Positions 36,070 to 46,441 of a DNA stretch of 64,000 nucleotides are shown here, piece by piece. The position numbers and the translations under genes are program-made. Where the stretch lies: contig CAZBVG010000001.1 of assembly GCA_964495425.1 (NCBI GenBank), positions 20,054 to 84,053 on the forward strand, in the 5' to 3' direction. This DNA is from an uncultured Candidatus Saccharibacteria bacterium. Lineage in GTDB: Bacteria; Patescibacteriota; Minisyncoccia; Phycocordibacterales; UBA6065. The notes beneath the pieces were generated by a model. The model saw only the letters and a program-made list of their open reading frames with translations. It was not told the origin of the DNA and ran no database searches. How positions within the stretch are numbered: position 1 is the first letter of the stretch; the number at the start of each line of letters is the position of its first letter.

Positions 36070-36858
36070 ATGAACGACACTCAATTTAATAAAGGAATAG
36101 AACAGCTCAAACACATCTCGCTTAGTCAAAGCGAGAAGCAAAAGATGCTTTCTGAAATTACCGTATATGCGGACTTCCACGCACCAAAAACTACACCAAA
36201 GAAATCTGTGGAATTTTGGTCATGGTCATTCTTTCAAGCGCATAGTGCTCTTGCCGTTCGAGCACTCACTCTCGTTCTTATTGTGGGTGGAACTTCATAT
36301 ATGGCGGACAAATCTCTTCCGGGTGACATCCTCTACCCTTTCAAAGTCAACGTTAATGAACCGCTATACGGTAGCCTATTAAAAACCGAGGAGGACAAAG
36401 CTGCCTGGAATTCAAATAGATTTATACGCCGTCTTGAAGAAGCGGAAGCTCTTGCACGTGACGGCAAACTTAACGAATCTTCTCTCGCAGAAGTTGAGCG
36501 TCAAATAGATGCGCGCTTTGCAGACATTCAAGGCACATCTCAAAATTCTATAGAGAGTGCAGCGTTTGATACAAGCGTTGCTTCAGATGCACGCATGGCG
36601 GGAAGTCAGGCAAAATTTGCCGCATCAGCACAAGAGCCGGAATCAGCCACCCCAACTCTTATGATGCAAGCAAATATGCAGACGGAATTCTTTGCAACAA
36701 CGACAGAAGAAAAAGATGCGCTTGAACAAAAAATTGAGGAGCATACAAAAATTCTTGAAAGCCTTATACGAGATGGCGCCGGCGAGCATAACGTACTGAT
36801 CCGCAGACTCCAGATAAAGCTTGAGGAAAAAGCATCATTACGATCACAGAATAAATAA
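36070..36858 (+). CDS. putative anti-sigma factor (DUF5667-like)
   Basis: TM helix followed by SLPGDILYPFK..E and RRLEEAE; follows ECF sigma. Confidence 0.75.
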   Translation: MNDTQFNKGIEQLKHISLSQSEKQKMLSEITVYADFHAPKTTPKKSVEFWSWSFFQAHSALAVRALTLVLIVGGTSYMADKSLPGDILYPFKVNVNEPLYGSLLKTEEDKAAWNSNRFIRRLEEAEALARDGKLNESSLAEVERQIDARFADIQGTSQNSIESAAFDTSVASDARMAGSQAKFAASAQEPESATPTLMMQANMQTEFFATTTEEKDALEQKIEEHTKILESLIRDGAGEHNVLIRRLQIKLEEKASLRSQNK

Positions 36859-36885
36859 CATAAGGCGCCTCATGGGCGCCTTATG
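36859..36885. terminator. hairpin between convergent genes
   Basis: CATAAGGCGCC-tcatg-GGCGCCTTATG. Confidence 0.6.
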
Positions 36886-36887
36886 CA

Positions 36888-37085
36888 TTACGGATATTCA
36901 TTAATTACTCTGCGTGTCTGAACAGGATAATATTTTGTCTGACCATACGTGGTGTAGTGCGGCTGTCCTTGTGAAATCTTTGAATAATTATTAACCACAC
37001 TGCGGCCAGCATAGACGGAAGTTGGCATAAGGGTTGCAGCAACAATACAGAGAGAGCCAAACAGAACTAGCAGTTGTTTACTCAT
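36888..37085 (-). CDS. small secreted hypothetical peptide
   Basis: MSKQLLVL...VYA signal-peptide-like N-terminus. Confidence 0.45.
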   Translation of the reverse strand: MSKQLLVLFGSLCIVAATLMPTSVYAGRSVVNNYSKISQGQPHYTTYGQTKYYPVQTRRVINEYP

Positions 37086-37186
37086 ATGATTTTCGGTTAT
37101 CGCTTGTAAGACCCTTCCATATATAAGACGCTTCAAATACATGTTTTGTGCCACAGGAAAACCTGATAGAATGAATACTTCAATTC

Positions 37187-37783
37187 ATGGAACTCAAATT
37201 TTACATAGGTGTTCTGGCTGGTATTTTTTCCCTCGCAGGTTATGTTCCTTATGCCTTCGAAATTATTCGCGGTAAGCAGAAACCTCAACGTGCCGCTTGG
37301 CTCATTTGGACCCTCACAAGCTCACTTATCGCACTAAGCTATTTCCAACTTGGCGCATGGGAAACTCTCTGGGTACCAATCGCCTATGTCATTGGTACGG
37401 GATGCATTACTCTCCTTTCGCTTATGAAAGGTAGCGAAGGCTGGGGCTTTCTTGAACGCATCAGCCTCATTGCAGCAATTGTGAGCGCGGTACGCTGGGT
37501 GTTTTTTGATAACGTGCTCTTCACCCTACTCATAAATCTCTCCCTTTCATTTTCAAGTTACGTTAACCGTATTAAAAAACTGGCCGCAACTATTTCTCAG
37601 GAAGAAGAAGATTTGCCTGGATGGACATTTTATTTTCTTGGAGCGCTTTGCAACATGTTTGCTATTACTACATGGAGCATAGAAATAAGCACACTGCCCA
37701 TCGTGTACTTTTTGATGAATGGAATCACCTTTTTCCTCATCATGAGAAACCACCTCCGGAAAAAGAAAGGTGTCACTGTATAA
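37187..37783 (+). CDS. integral membrane protein (PQ-loop-like)
   Basis: About seven TM helices; PY..I.RG..KP..AWLIW. Confidence 0.75.
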   Translation: MELKFYIGVLAGIFSLAGYVPYAFEIIRGKQKPQRAAWLIWTLTSSLIALSYFQLGAWETLWVPIAYVIGTGCITLLSLMKGSEGWGFLERISLIAAIVSAVRWVFFDNVLFTLLINLSLSFSSYVNRIKKLAATISQEEEDLPGWTFYFLGALCNMFAITTWSIEISTLPIVYFLMNGITFFLIMRNHLRKKKGVTV

Positions 37784-37938
37784 GCTGTCAACGGCATACT
37801 CAAAAAATGGCTCTATGGAGCCACACAAAAGCGCTGCTTGCGCGTGATACGAGCATCCTATATACTGCCCGCGCTCCAGAAAACACCACCACGAAAGTAC
37901 GCCTTTAGCATGCGGTGTAGGTTAAGCAGCAACTATAT

Positions 37939-39372
37939 TTGATGAAAATTTCTTTTGGTAGTTTTGGTTTGTTATGTGCAAGTGTATTTATCGGTATCTG
38001 TGTGTACGGAGCACCGTCTATCGCAGAAGCAAATGAATCAGTTGAAGTTTGGTGGCCGACGCAAGGTGTAGTCCTTGAGGGAACACAGCCACTTAAAGCA
38101 ATTCTGAAAGACTCACACATTAATAACTACGTGATGTTTTGGCAGGTAGATGGTGGATCGTATGTACAAATGTATAACAGCTCTATTGATTATCCTCATA
38201 AAGAAGCGATGATCGACGTAACGAATTGGAATTGGAATTCAAGCGGTGAATATAAAATATCTTTTATAGCCCAGGATTTGTCGGGAAAGGAAATAAGCAG
38301 GACTTCTGTTCTCATAAAACATACAGTCCCATCTCCTGCCCCAATCAAAGTACCCGCTACTACTACTTCTCAGAAGGTAGCAAATGTTTCAACGGTTTCA
38401 GGAATCCTCTCATCCGTTAAAGCGGAAGTGGTTACACCACCTGTAGTACAAGCGCCTGTTACAACCGTAACTCCCCCAGCTGTTACCGCCCCTCTTACTC
38501 CTGTTGCTTCGATTGGCACAAAACTCTACGTTGATCCACAAAATCCCGCTTTACATCAAGCACTACAGTGGATTGGCTCACGCCCGAATGATGCACTTGT
38601 AATGCAAAAATTAGGCGCTGAAGCGAGTGCTATCTGGCTTGGTGGCTGGAACGCGGATGTGCAAAAAGATGTACAGACCACGATAGCGAAAGCAAAGAAA
38701 GAAGATTCAATTGCAACCTTTATTGCGTATAACGTTCCAGGACGAGACTGTGGAAGTTATTCCGCAGGTGGACTTGGTTCAAAAAGCGCATATCTATCTT
38801 GGATTACACAAATCTCAAATGGCTTAGGTGATGGAAAAGCAATCGTCGTACTTGAACCAGATGCTCTCGCAGGAATTGAGTGTCTCTCATCCAAAGGAAA
38901 AGAAGATCGATACGCAATGCTATCAAGCGCCCTCGATATCTTCAAAGCGAATAAAAATACAAAAGTGTACCTCGACGCAGGACATGCACAATGGATAGAT
39001 GTTGATGAAATGGCGGCACGCCTCAAAAAAGCAGGTATCTCAAAAGCTGACGGATTCTCACTTAACGTATCAAACTTTGTTTCTACGTCTGAAAATATTG
39101 TGTACGGCGAAAAATTGTCGAAAGCTATCGATAATGCACATTTCATAATCGATACCTCACGAAACGGTAATGGATCGAATGGCGAATGGTGTAACCCAAG
39201 CGGAAGAGCTCTCGGACAAAGACCGACCTTTGAAACAAAGAATTCTCTTATTGACGCGTTTCTGTGGCTCAAAAAGCCAGGTGAATCTGATGGCTCATGT
39301 AACGGAGGACCAAACGCCGGAGAATGGTGGCCGGAATACGGGCTCGGTCTCGCAAAAAGAGCAGGCTTCTAG
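37939..39372 (+). CDS. glycoside hydrolase family 6 (cellulase-like) with P/T/V-rich linker
   Basis: YNVPGRDCG, LEPDAL, YLDAGH, NVSNF, DTSRNG, WCNP, KPGESDG. Confidence 0.92.
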   Translation: MMKISFGSFGLLCASVFIGICVYGAPSIAEANESVEVWWPTQGVVLEGTQPLKAILKDSHINNYVMFWQVDGGSYVQMYNSSIDYPHKEAMIDVTNWNWNSSGEYKISFIAQDLSGKEISRTSVLIKHTVPSPAPIKVPATTTSQKVANVSTVSGILSSVKAEVVTPPVVQAPVTTVTPPAVTAPLTPVASIGTKLYVDPQNPALHQALQWIGSRPNDALVMQKLGAEASAIWLGGWNADVQKDVQTTIAKAKKEDSIATFIAYNVPGRDCGSYSAGGLGSKSAYLSWITQISNGLGDGKAIVVLEPDALAGIECLSSKGKEDRYAMLSSALDIFKANKNTKVYLDAGHAQWIDVDEMAARLKKAGISKADGFSLNVSNFVSTSENIVYGEKLSKAIDNAHFIIDTSRNGNGSNGEWCNPSGRALGQRPTFETKNSLIDAFLWLKKPGESDGSCNGGPNAGEWWPEYGLGLAKRAGF

Positions 39373-40937
39373 GCACTCTGCCCAACCTTCTGTGAAATAA
39401 CTTTCAGTCGCGCTACCGCAACACGTTCTGGGATAAATATGAGTCTGTAAATATGTGACAGATATTTCTTCATGAGACCTTCAGGGGCTGACGCGAATAT
39501 ATACGGCAGTAAAATTCCCACATCGAATGCCGCCCACGCGAGATTGTTTATCACCGAAGCAGAGAGACCTTCTCGCATAAGAGCAACAGGAACACTTCCA
39601 AGAGCTAGCGCCACATAGAGTATGTGCGGGAGTGTAAGATGTAAAAAGTTTCCTTCAAGACCAACCTTTGAGGTAATGGCAAAAGAAACTTTCTGCTTTG
39701 TTACAACTGACCAGAGGGCTTGAATATGAATCCAAAATGCACCCATAGAAAACGAAAGCGCTCTAAATGAGAATCTTCGATTTGATGTAGAGGCAAGGAC
39801 CCCGATCGTAAGGAACATGTACGGAATGAATATGAGCGCAAGGAGCATTGTGTCAATTTTCACAGGAATGATTCCAGTGTAAAGAAACAACACTGGCAAC
39901 AGAATATTCATAAGCACAACCACTCCAGATAAAAAGTATGTCACAGATGAGAGGTACTGAATTTTCTGCATGAAGGTAAGCCCGCGCCTAAAGAAAAGAT
40001 TGTACTTAAAAAGCACATCGAGCGCTCCTCTCGTCCAACGAAACTGCTGCTTTGTGTATGACAGAAAATCTTCAGGAGCAAGACCCTCAGCAAGCACTTC
40101 GGGCACATAAACAGATTTCCAGCCTTTCTCGTGGATAAAAACTCCGGTGACAAAGTCTTCGGCAATTGATTCCGCCATACCTCCTACCCCTACAAGTGCC
40201 TCTCGACGAATTACCATATTGGTTCCACACATTGTCACTGCGTTAAATCGATTTTTACCGCGACAGATCGGTCCAAAGAAGATCTCCTGCTGCTCCCATG
40301 AACTTAAAGCGACCGCGTTCACATATGCGTTCTTATAAAATTGAGGTGTTTGTACAAAGCCCAATTTTTTATCGACAAAGTAACACATTGTCTTTCTCAA
40401 AAATTGAGTATGCGGTACATGATCAGCGTCAAATATAACGATATAAGGTGAATCCGTAAGAGCGGTCGCGTTATTGATATTTCCCGCTTTCGCCCCACCT
40501 GGAACCTGGCGAGTAATACAATTCACATTGAGCCTTTCAGCGAGCTTGATAATGTCTTTCCAATTATCTCTTTTTGCGACAAACCCATCATTTAAGATGT
40601 AAATAGTGTGAGATGGATAATCCATATCCCGCGCCGCAGTTACTGTTTTCTCAACGATATCAACCGGCTCACCAGCCACTGTAATAAAGACATCAACAGG
40701 TGGTAAAAATGTATCATCGGATTGTGGTTTATAGTTCATCTTCCAAACCGTAATAAGGTATGTGAGCGCTTGCCATGTATGGAATATTTCTCCAGCAATG
40801 AGGATCCAAAACAAAATTTCATTTCCGTGTGGAAACAAAAAAGCAATAATGAAGAAATACACTATCGCCATAACAAAATTTGCAATGACAAGCCATCGCT
40901 TTGGTACGCTATGTAAGAAGTCGTGTTTTGAAGGCAT
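39369..40937 (-). CDS. cellulose-synthase-like processive GT2
   Basis: AKAGNIN, FDADH, VQTPQ, AED, QQFRW; multiple TM helices; no C-terminal PilZ region. Confidence 0.9.
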   Translation of the reverse strand: MPSKHDFLHSVPKRWLVIANFVMAIVYFFIIAFLFPHGNEILFWILIAGEIFHTWQALTYLITVWKMNYKPQSDDTFLPPVDVFITVAGEPVDIVEKTVTAARDMDYPSHTIYILNDGFVAKRDNWKDIIKLAERLNVNCITRQVPGGAKAGNINNATALTDSPYIVIFDADHVPHTQFLRKTMCYFVDKKLGFVQTPQFYKNAYVNAVALSSWEQQEIFFGPICRGKNRFNAVTMCGTNMVIRREALVGVGGMAESIAEDFVTGVFIHEKGWKSVYVPEVLAEGLAPEDFLSYTKQQFRWTRGALDVLFKYNLFFRRGLTFMQKIQYLSSVTYFLSGVVVLMNILLPVLFLYTGIIPVKIDTMLLALIFIPYMFLTIGVLASTSNRRFSFRALSFSMGAFWIHIQALWSVVTKQKVSFAITSKVGLEGNFLHLTLPHILYVALALGSVPVALMREGLSASVINNLAWAAFDVGILLPYIFASAPEGLMKKYLSHIYRLIFIPERVAVARLKVISQKVGQSA

Positions 40938-40942
40938 ATTCG

Positions 40943-42421
40943 CTATATATATCTAAGCCTGTATACATATAACGTCAGACCAGGTGAAAAAGGCTTCACT
41001 TCAAGTCTTTGATAGTGTGTATCCATATATAAACGAACATCTTCCTCGTACCCTTGGTCATAACCCAAAAGCAAATACATATCCTCGTATACCGCAGCAA
41101 ACTCCTTCATACGGGTTTCTATTAGGTCGGGAGAATACGGCTCAGGCACAAGGCTTTCTGTATATCTTTCCCATTTTGGGAATGTGGTGAGACGAGCTTT
41201 ACCATCGTAATAATATTCCACAGGATAGGTAATAAACGGCGCCGAAACTACAAAAATATCACTTGGCTGTGCTCGACGCTCGATATACTCAACAGCAGAC
41301 TTGTAATTTTCTTTGACTGGAGAACGCATCTCGCCCGCCTGAACAGCAAGCATGAGCACCATAAACACTATGAGAACTGATACCGCAAAATCACCTATCT
41401 TCCCTTTATAAGACGAAAGATAATACACCGCCAGAATATAAATCGAAGGTAAACAAATAATGAGATATCGAGACAAAAAAAGTGGCTGAAGAAGCGCACT
41501 CACAACGAATGCCATGATAATGGGCAAAAAAGAAGCAATTATAAAATACATCGTCTCTGATTCATGCTCCCTTCTCTTTGAAATAAAGGTAAATCCCACA
41601 AGCACCAAAATCGGCCACAACGACAAGAGAATGGTATTTAATGAATCCGTTTGGAAACCAATAAAGAAATTGGAGAACACGTTAAAAAAGTCAAAGCTTG
41701 TTGGTCGAGCTAGTACTGGGTCATTCAATCCTGCACCAACGATGTTTCGATACCAGAACCACGCTCCAACACATGACAAAGCCACAAGGGCTATAAGTGA
41801 AAATCGAGCGCTTGATCTAGGTGCAAATAACGTTCGGTGGGTAAGGAAAAACACAACCTGTACCACAACAACGAAAGCAAAGAAAAAATGAGTAAAGAGG
41901 CCTACAATCGAAACAATCGCGTAGTAATACCAATATGAAGTTTGTGGAGCTTTCCAGAGACGAACAAATAATAAATGGCTACATGTTGTGAGCAAAAATA
42001 TAAGTGAATACATTCGCGCCTCAGATCCATACCAATTCAAAAACGGTGAAACAGCGGTCATCAATGCGACGCCATATGCAACCCGATAGTTATATGATTC
42101 TTTTGCGAGATAAAAAATTGCCGGTAATGCTAAAAAAAAGAATAATAGTGAAAAAAATCGAATTGTGAAAAGCCCAGTGCCGAAGAGCACTTCCCAGAAA
42201 TGCAGACCTACGAAATAAAAAGGCACGTGAACATCCTTTGCAATGATTGTTAAGACACCGGGTAAGTCACGACTTGTCTGCCAAATACTTTGTGCCTCAT
42301 CGAGCCTAATACCCTGTTTCATCCACACAAAAAAAGACATGACAGCAACAAAGCCGATAAGCATTCCTAAATACATTCCCGGGTGAACGAATTTTTCTGT
42401 TTTAGAAATTCGATACAGCAT
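40943..42421 (-). CDS. GT-C (PMT/GT39-like) membrane glycosyltransferase
   Basis: LDEAQS, DVHVPFY, EARMYS, RYL; many TM helices. Confidence 0.85.
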   Translation of the reverse strand: MLYRISKTEKFVHPGMYLGMLIGFVAVMSFFVWMKQGIRLDEAQSIWQTSRDLPGVLTIIAKDVHVPFYFVGLHFWEVLFGTGLFTIRFFSLLFFFLALPAIFYLAKESYNYRVAYGVALMTAVSPFLNWYGSEARMYSLIFLLTTCSHLLFVRLWKAPQTSYWYYYAIVSIVGLFTHFFFAFVVVVQVVFFLTHRTLFAPRSSARFSLIALVALSCVGAWFWYRNIVGAGLNDPVLARPTSFDFFNVFSNFFIGFQTDSLNTILLSLWPILVLVGFTFISKRREHESETMYFIIASFLPIIMAFVVSALLQPLFLSRYLIICLPSIYILAVYYLSSYKGKIGDFAVSVLIVFMVLMLAVQAGEMRSPVKENYKSAVEYIERRAQPSDIFVVSAPFITYPVEYYYDGKARLTTFPKWERYTESLVPEPYSPDLIETRMKEFAAVYEDMYLLLGYDQGYEEDVRLYMDTHYQRLEVKPFSPGLTLYVYRLRYI

Positions 42422-42422
42422 A

Positions 42423-43646
42423 TTAATTGTTTACACCGTACAAATCAGGTGTCTTTTGTAAGTAGAGCGCCATACCAAACCAACCCCAATTTTCATCATA
42501 GTAACTTTGTTCTTTTGACCATTTGGACTCATTCGTATCGTAGAGTCTTTCAAGTTTGTTGATATATATTTCATGGGCCATGGATGGATTTGTAACCATG
42601 AAATACCCTAAGCTGCCTCCATACATTGATAGCGCTTCGAGATCAATAAGACGGTTTCCATCATGAGAATATGAAGCCGTGAGTGAACCTCGGGTATTCC
42701 ACTCTTGTTGCAAATGACCAATTTTATCGAGCACAGCCTTCGCTCGCGGATCTTTTGTAAGTGAATAGTCGAGTGCGAATCTCCACGGCAAACGAAGCGC
42801 ATCAAAGCTAAAGCGTGTCGTTAATCCTGATGATGGATCAGGAGCATACATTTCCCCGGTATTTCTATCCAGAAGCACCCAATCTGGAGGTAAATGAGCA
42901 GATGCGTTTGTGTCGAGATCAAGCTCAATCGATCGAGCCGCAACATCATATGAAGTCTCAGCGAGCCCGAGCCAGTTATGATCAGGATCGGCCTTCGCAA
43001 ATACCTTGTATGTATACGGCGAAAGATACGAGGGATTCACTATAATTGTTGATTTATTAGTAGACTTCTCGAGATTATTTGCAGCAAGGTATGGCTTACC
43101 ATTGATAATCACTACCTCCTCTGCCCAGATATCACGAATAATACCAATCGCATCACCGAAATAGGCTTCATCATTCCAACGTTTTGAAGCAAACAAAAGC
43201 GCGAGAGCAATATCTTCATCAGCATCACTTGCAGTATTATTTCCCCCTTGTTCAGTCAACACGCCGTATTCCCCGTCTTCTCGCTCACCAAAAAGCCAGC
43301 TAATCAAGAGATCGTCGTCTCTTTGAAGATTGTCCTTGGTCCATTGCCATGTGGTATCAAACGTCTCTTTATCATCCATCCAGACAGCTCGGAGCATAGT
43401 GTAGCTCTGTCCTTCAGACGTGGTAATGTCATTTTGCTGCTTATCAAGACTTCTCAGTGTACCAGGTTCCAGGTAGTTATTTTTATATTGGTGCCACAAA
43501 GCCCGGAGCATAGTGTCCTTTGAAAATTCTTCTGGTCGCGCATCGATAATATTCCGAATATTGAGTGCGAAAAGGATAATGAGGCCAAGGGTAATTACAA
43601 TCGAGCTGAAAACTACGAGGCGTAACTGGTTGGTGTTCGGTTGCAT
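42423..43646 (-). CDS. glycoside hydrolase family 8 (BcsZ-like)
   Basis: TTSEGQSY, ASDADED, NPSY, FDALR; N-terminal TM. Confidence 0.9.
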   Translation of the reverse strand: MQPNTNQLRLVVFSSIVITLGLIILFALNIRNIIDARPEEFSKDTMLRALWHQYKNNYLEPGTLRSLDKQQNDITTSEGQSYTMLRAVWMDDKETFDTTWQWTKDNLQRDDDLLISWLFGEREDGEYGVLTEQGGNNTASDADEDIALALLFASKRWNDEAYFGDAIGIIRDIWAEEVVIINGKPYLAANNLEKSTNKSTIIVNPSYLSPYTYKVFAKADPDHNWLGLAETSYDVAARSIELDLDTNASAHLPPDWVLLDRNTGEMYAPDPSSGLTTRFSFDALRLPWRFALDYSLTKDPRAKAVLDKIGHLQQEWNTRGSLTASYSHDGNRLIDLEALSMYGGSLGYFMVTNPSMAHEIYINKLERLYDTNESKWSKEQSYYDENWGWFGMALYLQKTPDLYGVNN

Positions 43647-43764
43647 AATGCTTAGGAAAACTAAAGGGCTCATGAGTACTACGCAACAAATAGCGGTTTT
43701 CGCACCTTTACTAAAATCACAGTGTATTTTCTAATTTTAAACATGCGTCTGCTATAATATCTCC

Positions 43765-44616
43765 ATGAAAACCATAGCCATTTATCATAAAGACTGTACT
43801 GACGGAACAAGCGCGGCGGCGGTAGTTTTAAAAAAATATCCTGATGCTCTCCTTTTTCCTTTGGGTCATAACTTTGAGTCTCACGAGCTTGAGCCGCTCA
43901 TGTCGCTCGCAAAGAAAGGTGATCGAATCCTTATGGTCGATTGTGTTATCGGAGTACCCGAATTTTTGAAAGCGGGTTTTGATGTTACTGCAATCGACCA
44001 TCACATAGGTATTCAAAAAGAAATGGAAGCGTTAGCAAAATCACATACAGCATTCACCTATGTGTTTGATAATACTCAATCAGGTGCAACCTTGTGTTGG
44101 CAGTACTTATTTCCTAAAGAAAAAATGCCTGAGCTTCTCAAGTATGTGGCAGATGCTGATATATGGACGTGGAAATATGGTGAAGAAACAAAATACGCAA
44201 ACAGCTTTCTTGTCTCATTTCAGAATAAACCCGAGGAAATGCTTGCTCTGTTTGATGCACCCATTGAACCACTTATGCATACGGGAAAAATTATTACTGA
44301 ATATGCCGATGATATGGTAAAGCACGCAGTAGAAAAAACCGAACCTATCTATCTTATGATCGGTACGCACAAAGTTCCCTTCTACAACATCACCGTCCTC
44401 AAATCAGAAAGCGGCAATAAACTTTCCGCACTCCGCAATGAGCCGGTGGCATTGTTTTCAATAGACGGCATGCGCGTAAAAATAAGTTTCAGAAGCATCG
44501 ACGGTCAAAAGCCTCAAGCAATCGAACTCGCACAAGCAATCGGCGGAAATGGTCACAAAAATGCCGCTGGAGCAATGCTTCCGTTACCAGAATTCATTAA
44601 GGCGCTCGTTCCATAA
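43765..44616 (+). CDS. DHH/DHHA1 phosphoesterase
   Basis: YH.DC.DG, IDHH, SFRS, GGNGHKNAAG. Confidence 0.88.
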   Translation: MKTIAIYHKDCTDGTSAAAVVLKKYPDALLFPLGHNFESHELEPLMSLAKKGDRILMVDCVIGVPEFLKAGFDVTAIDHHIGIQKEMEALAKSHTAFTYVFDNTQSGATLCWQYLFPKEKMPELLKYVADADIWTWKYGEETKYANSFLVSFQNKPEEMLALFDAPIEPLMHTGKIITEYADDMVKHAVEKTEPIYLMIGTHKVPFYNITVLKSESGNKLSALRNEPVALFSIDGMRVKISFRSIDGQKPQAIELAQAIGGNGHKNAAGAMLPLPEFIKALVP

Positions 44617-44618
44617 AT

Positions 44619-44654
44619 CAAAAACTGCACCGAACAAACTCGGTGCAGTTTTTG
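44619..44654. terminator. bidirectional terminator
   Basis: CAAAAACTGCACCGA/TCGGTGCAGTTTTTG. Confidence 0.75.
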
Positions 44655-44655
44655 T

Positions 44656-44808
44656 TTATGCGATAGGATTCCTACCCTGTATCACACGGATGAGGAACAT
44701 GACAACCGCTATCACAAGAAGGATGTGAATAAAGCCACCTACTGTGTATGAAGTCACAAGCCCCAATACCCACAGAATAAGGAGAATTGTAGCGATAGTT
44801 ACGAGCAT
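44656..44808 (-). CDS. lmo0937-family small membrane protein
   Basis: Manual translation MLVTIATILLILWVLGLVTSYTVGGFIHILLVIAVVMFLIRVIQGRNPIA. Confidence 0.88.
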   Translation of the reverse strand: MLVTIATILLILWVLGLVTSYTVGGFIHILLVIAVVMFLIRVIQGRNPIA

Positions 44809-45161
44809 AAGAGTTTAAATTAATACGAGTAATTGATTGGTAGACGGTCATCAAGGTTCCCCAATGCACATGCCCCCAGAGAGGGGGCATGTCTTGCTTT
44901 TGGACCGGAAAATCCGGGAGCTTTAGTGAGGGAATCACCAAGCTCAAAGCGTAAATTCCCTTGCAGCACTATTTTTTTGATCTTTTGAGATTGTGTTATG
45001 TACAAAGAGCACCTATCTCTAATACGCCACCACAACCTAAAAGTAGTCTGTACAAACAAATTATTCTGTATCGTACTTTTTTAAAAACTGTATCGCCCTT
45101 TAGAAACAATCGTGTCAATGAGCCCGTACTATTTTTGCGGAATCATAAACCGACACATAGC

Positions 45162-45635
45162 ATGAATACATACAAGCGAAATATAGTATCGCCATTTAAG
45201 GAGTATGCAAAATTTTGTGCCACTGGTCTTATAAATACTAGTATCGATTTTTTAATCCTAAACTCGTTACTATTTTTTATTACCACCACACCAAAAGAAG
45301 CTACTTATATTAGCTTCAAAACACTTTCCTTCTTGGGTGCGGTAATCTTCAGCTATTTCCTAAACCGAACATGGGTCTTTGCCCACCAAACAAAAAATAA
45401 AACCGTAAATTTTAAAGAAAGCAGCAAATTTCTTGTTGTGAGTGTAATTGGGCTTCTCGTAAACGTGGGCATTTCATATCTCATCTTCTCTGCCTTTGCG
45501 AACACAAACATTGCCCACCCAGTACTTGGAGCAAACATAGCGGCTCTTCTCGCCACCTTCTGCACCATGCTCTGGAATTTTACGGGCTATAAATTCTTTG
45601 TCTTTAACAATCCTATTAGCCAACGAATCATATGA
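45162..45635 (+). CDS. GtrA-family flippase-like protein
   Basis: KF..TG..NT.ID, SY.LNR.WVF, WNF.GYK.FVF. Confidence 0.88.
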   Translation: MNTYKRNIVSPFKEYAKFCATGLINTSIDFLILNSLLFFITTTPKEATYISFKTLSFLGAVIFSYFLNRTWVFAHQTKNKTVNFKESSKFLVVSVIGLLVNVGISYLIFSAFANTNIAHPVLGANIAALLATFCTMLWNFTGYKFFVFNNPISQRII

Positions 45636-46381
45636 ACCCCCTACTTTCTGTCATCGTGCCTGCATATAATGAATCGAAACGAATCGGTGTTACTCTCAAG
45701 GACCTAAAACGTTATTTTGCAACGAAGGCTTATTCCTATGAAATTATAGTTGTAAATGATGGATCAACAGATGACACAACCATTGTCGTACAAAAGTTTC
45801 AAATCGGATTTCCTCAGTTAAAGCTTATAGACAACAAAGAAAATCACGGCAAAGGATATGCTGTTAAATGTGGCATGCTTGCTGCAAAAGGCCATTACAG
45901 GCTTTTTATGGATGCTGATAATTCAGTAAAAATCGATACACTTGATGAATTTTTTGACGAAATGCAGCGTAATGATCACGATATTGTTATTGGATCTATT
46001 GCCCTCTCAAACCTGTCTGTTATCGAACACAATGGCTGGCACAGACGTATATTTGGCTCAATTTCAAAATTCATAATTAGAACCGTTGCTACTCCAGGTA
46101 TTTATGACACACAGCGTGGGTTTAAACTCTTTAGCAGCAGAGCTGCACGAATCCTTTTTCCACTACAAAAAATCAGTCGTTTTGGGTTTGATATAGAAAT
46201 TCTGACGATTGCTCAAATCCATGGACTTTCTATTAAAGAGAAGCCGGTTGAATGGGACAATCCCGATGGCTCAACGGTAAAAATGAAAGCATACCTCGAC
46301 TCACTCATTGAGCTTGGCCAAATCTGTATTAACAAGTTACGAGGAGAATACAATCGATCTCCGAGAGGATATACTTCATAA
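45632..46381 (+). CDS. polyprenyl-phosphate glucosyltransferase (GT2, GtrB/ALG5-like)
   Basis: PAYNE, NDGSTD, GKG.AV, FMDAD, DTQ.GFK, FDIE. Confidence 0.9.
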   Translation: MNPLLSVIVPAYNESKRIGVTLKDLKRYFATKAYSYEIIVVNDGSTDDTTIVVQKFQIGFPQLKLIDNKENHGKGYAVKCGMLAAKGHYRLFMDADNSVKIDTLDEFFDEMQRNDHDIVIGSIALSNLSVIEHNGWHRRIFGSISKFIIRTVATPGIYDTQRGFKLFSSRAARILFPLQKISRFGFDIEILTIAQIHGLSIKEKPVEWDNPDGSTVKMKAYLDSLIELGQICINKLRGEYNRSPRGYTS

Positions 46382-46391
46382 CAGGACATAT

Positions 46392-46420
46392 GAAAAATCC
46401 CGCGCATGGCGGGATTTTTC
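46392..46420. terminator. bidirectional terminator
   Basis: GAAAAATCCCGC-gcatg-GCGGGATTTTTC. Confidence 0.75.
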
Positions 46421-46441
46421 TACTCTAGACTCATTGTGAGT

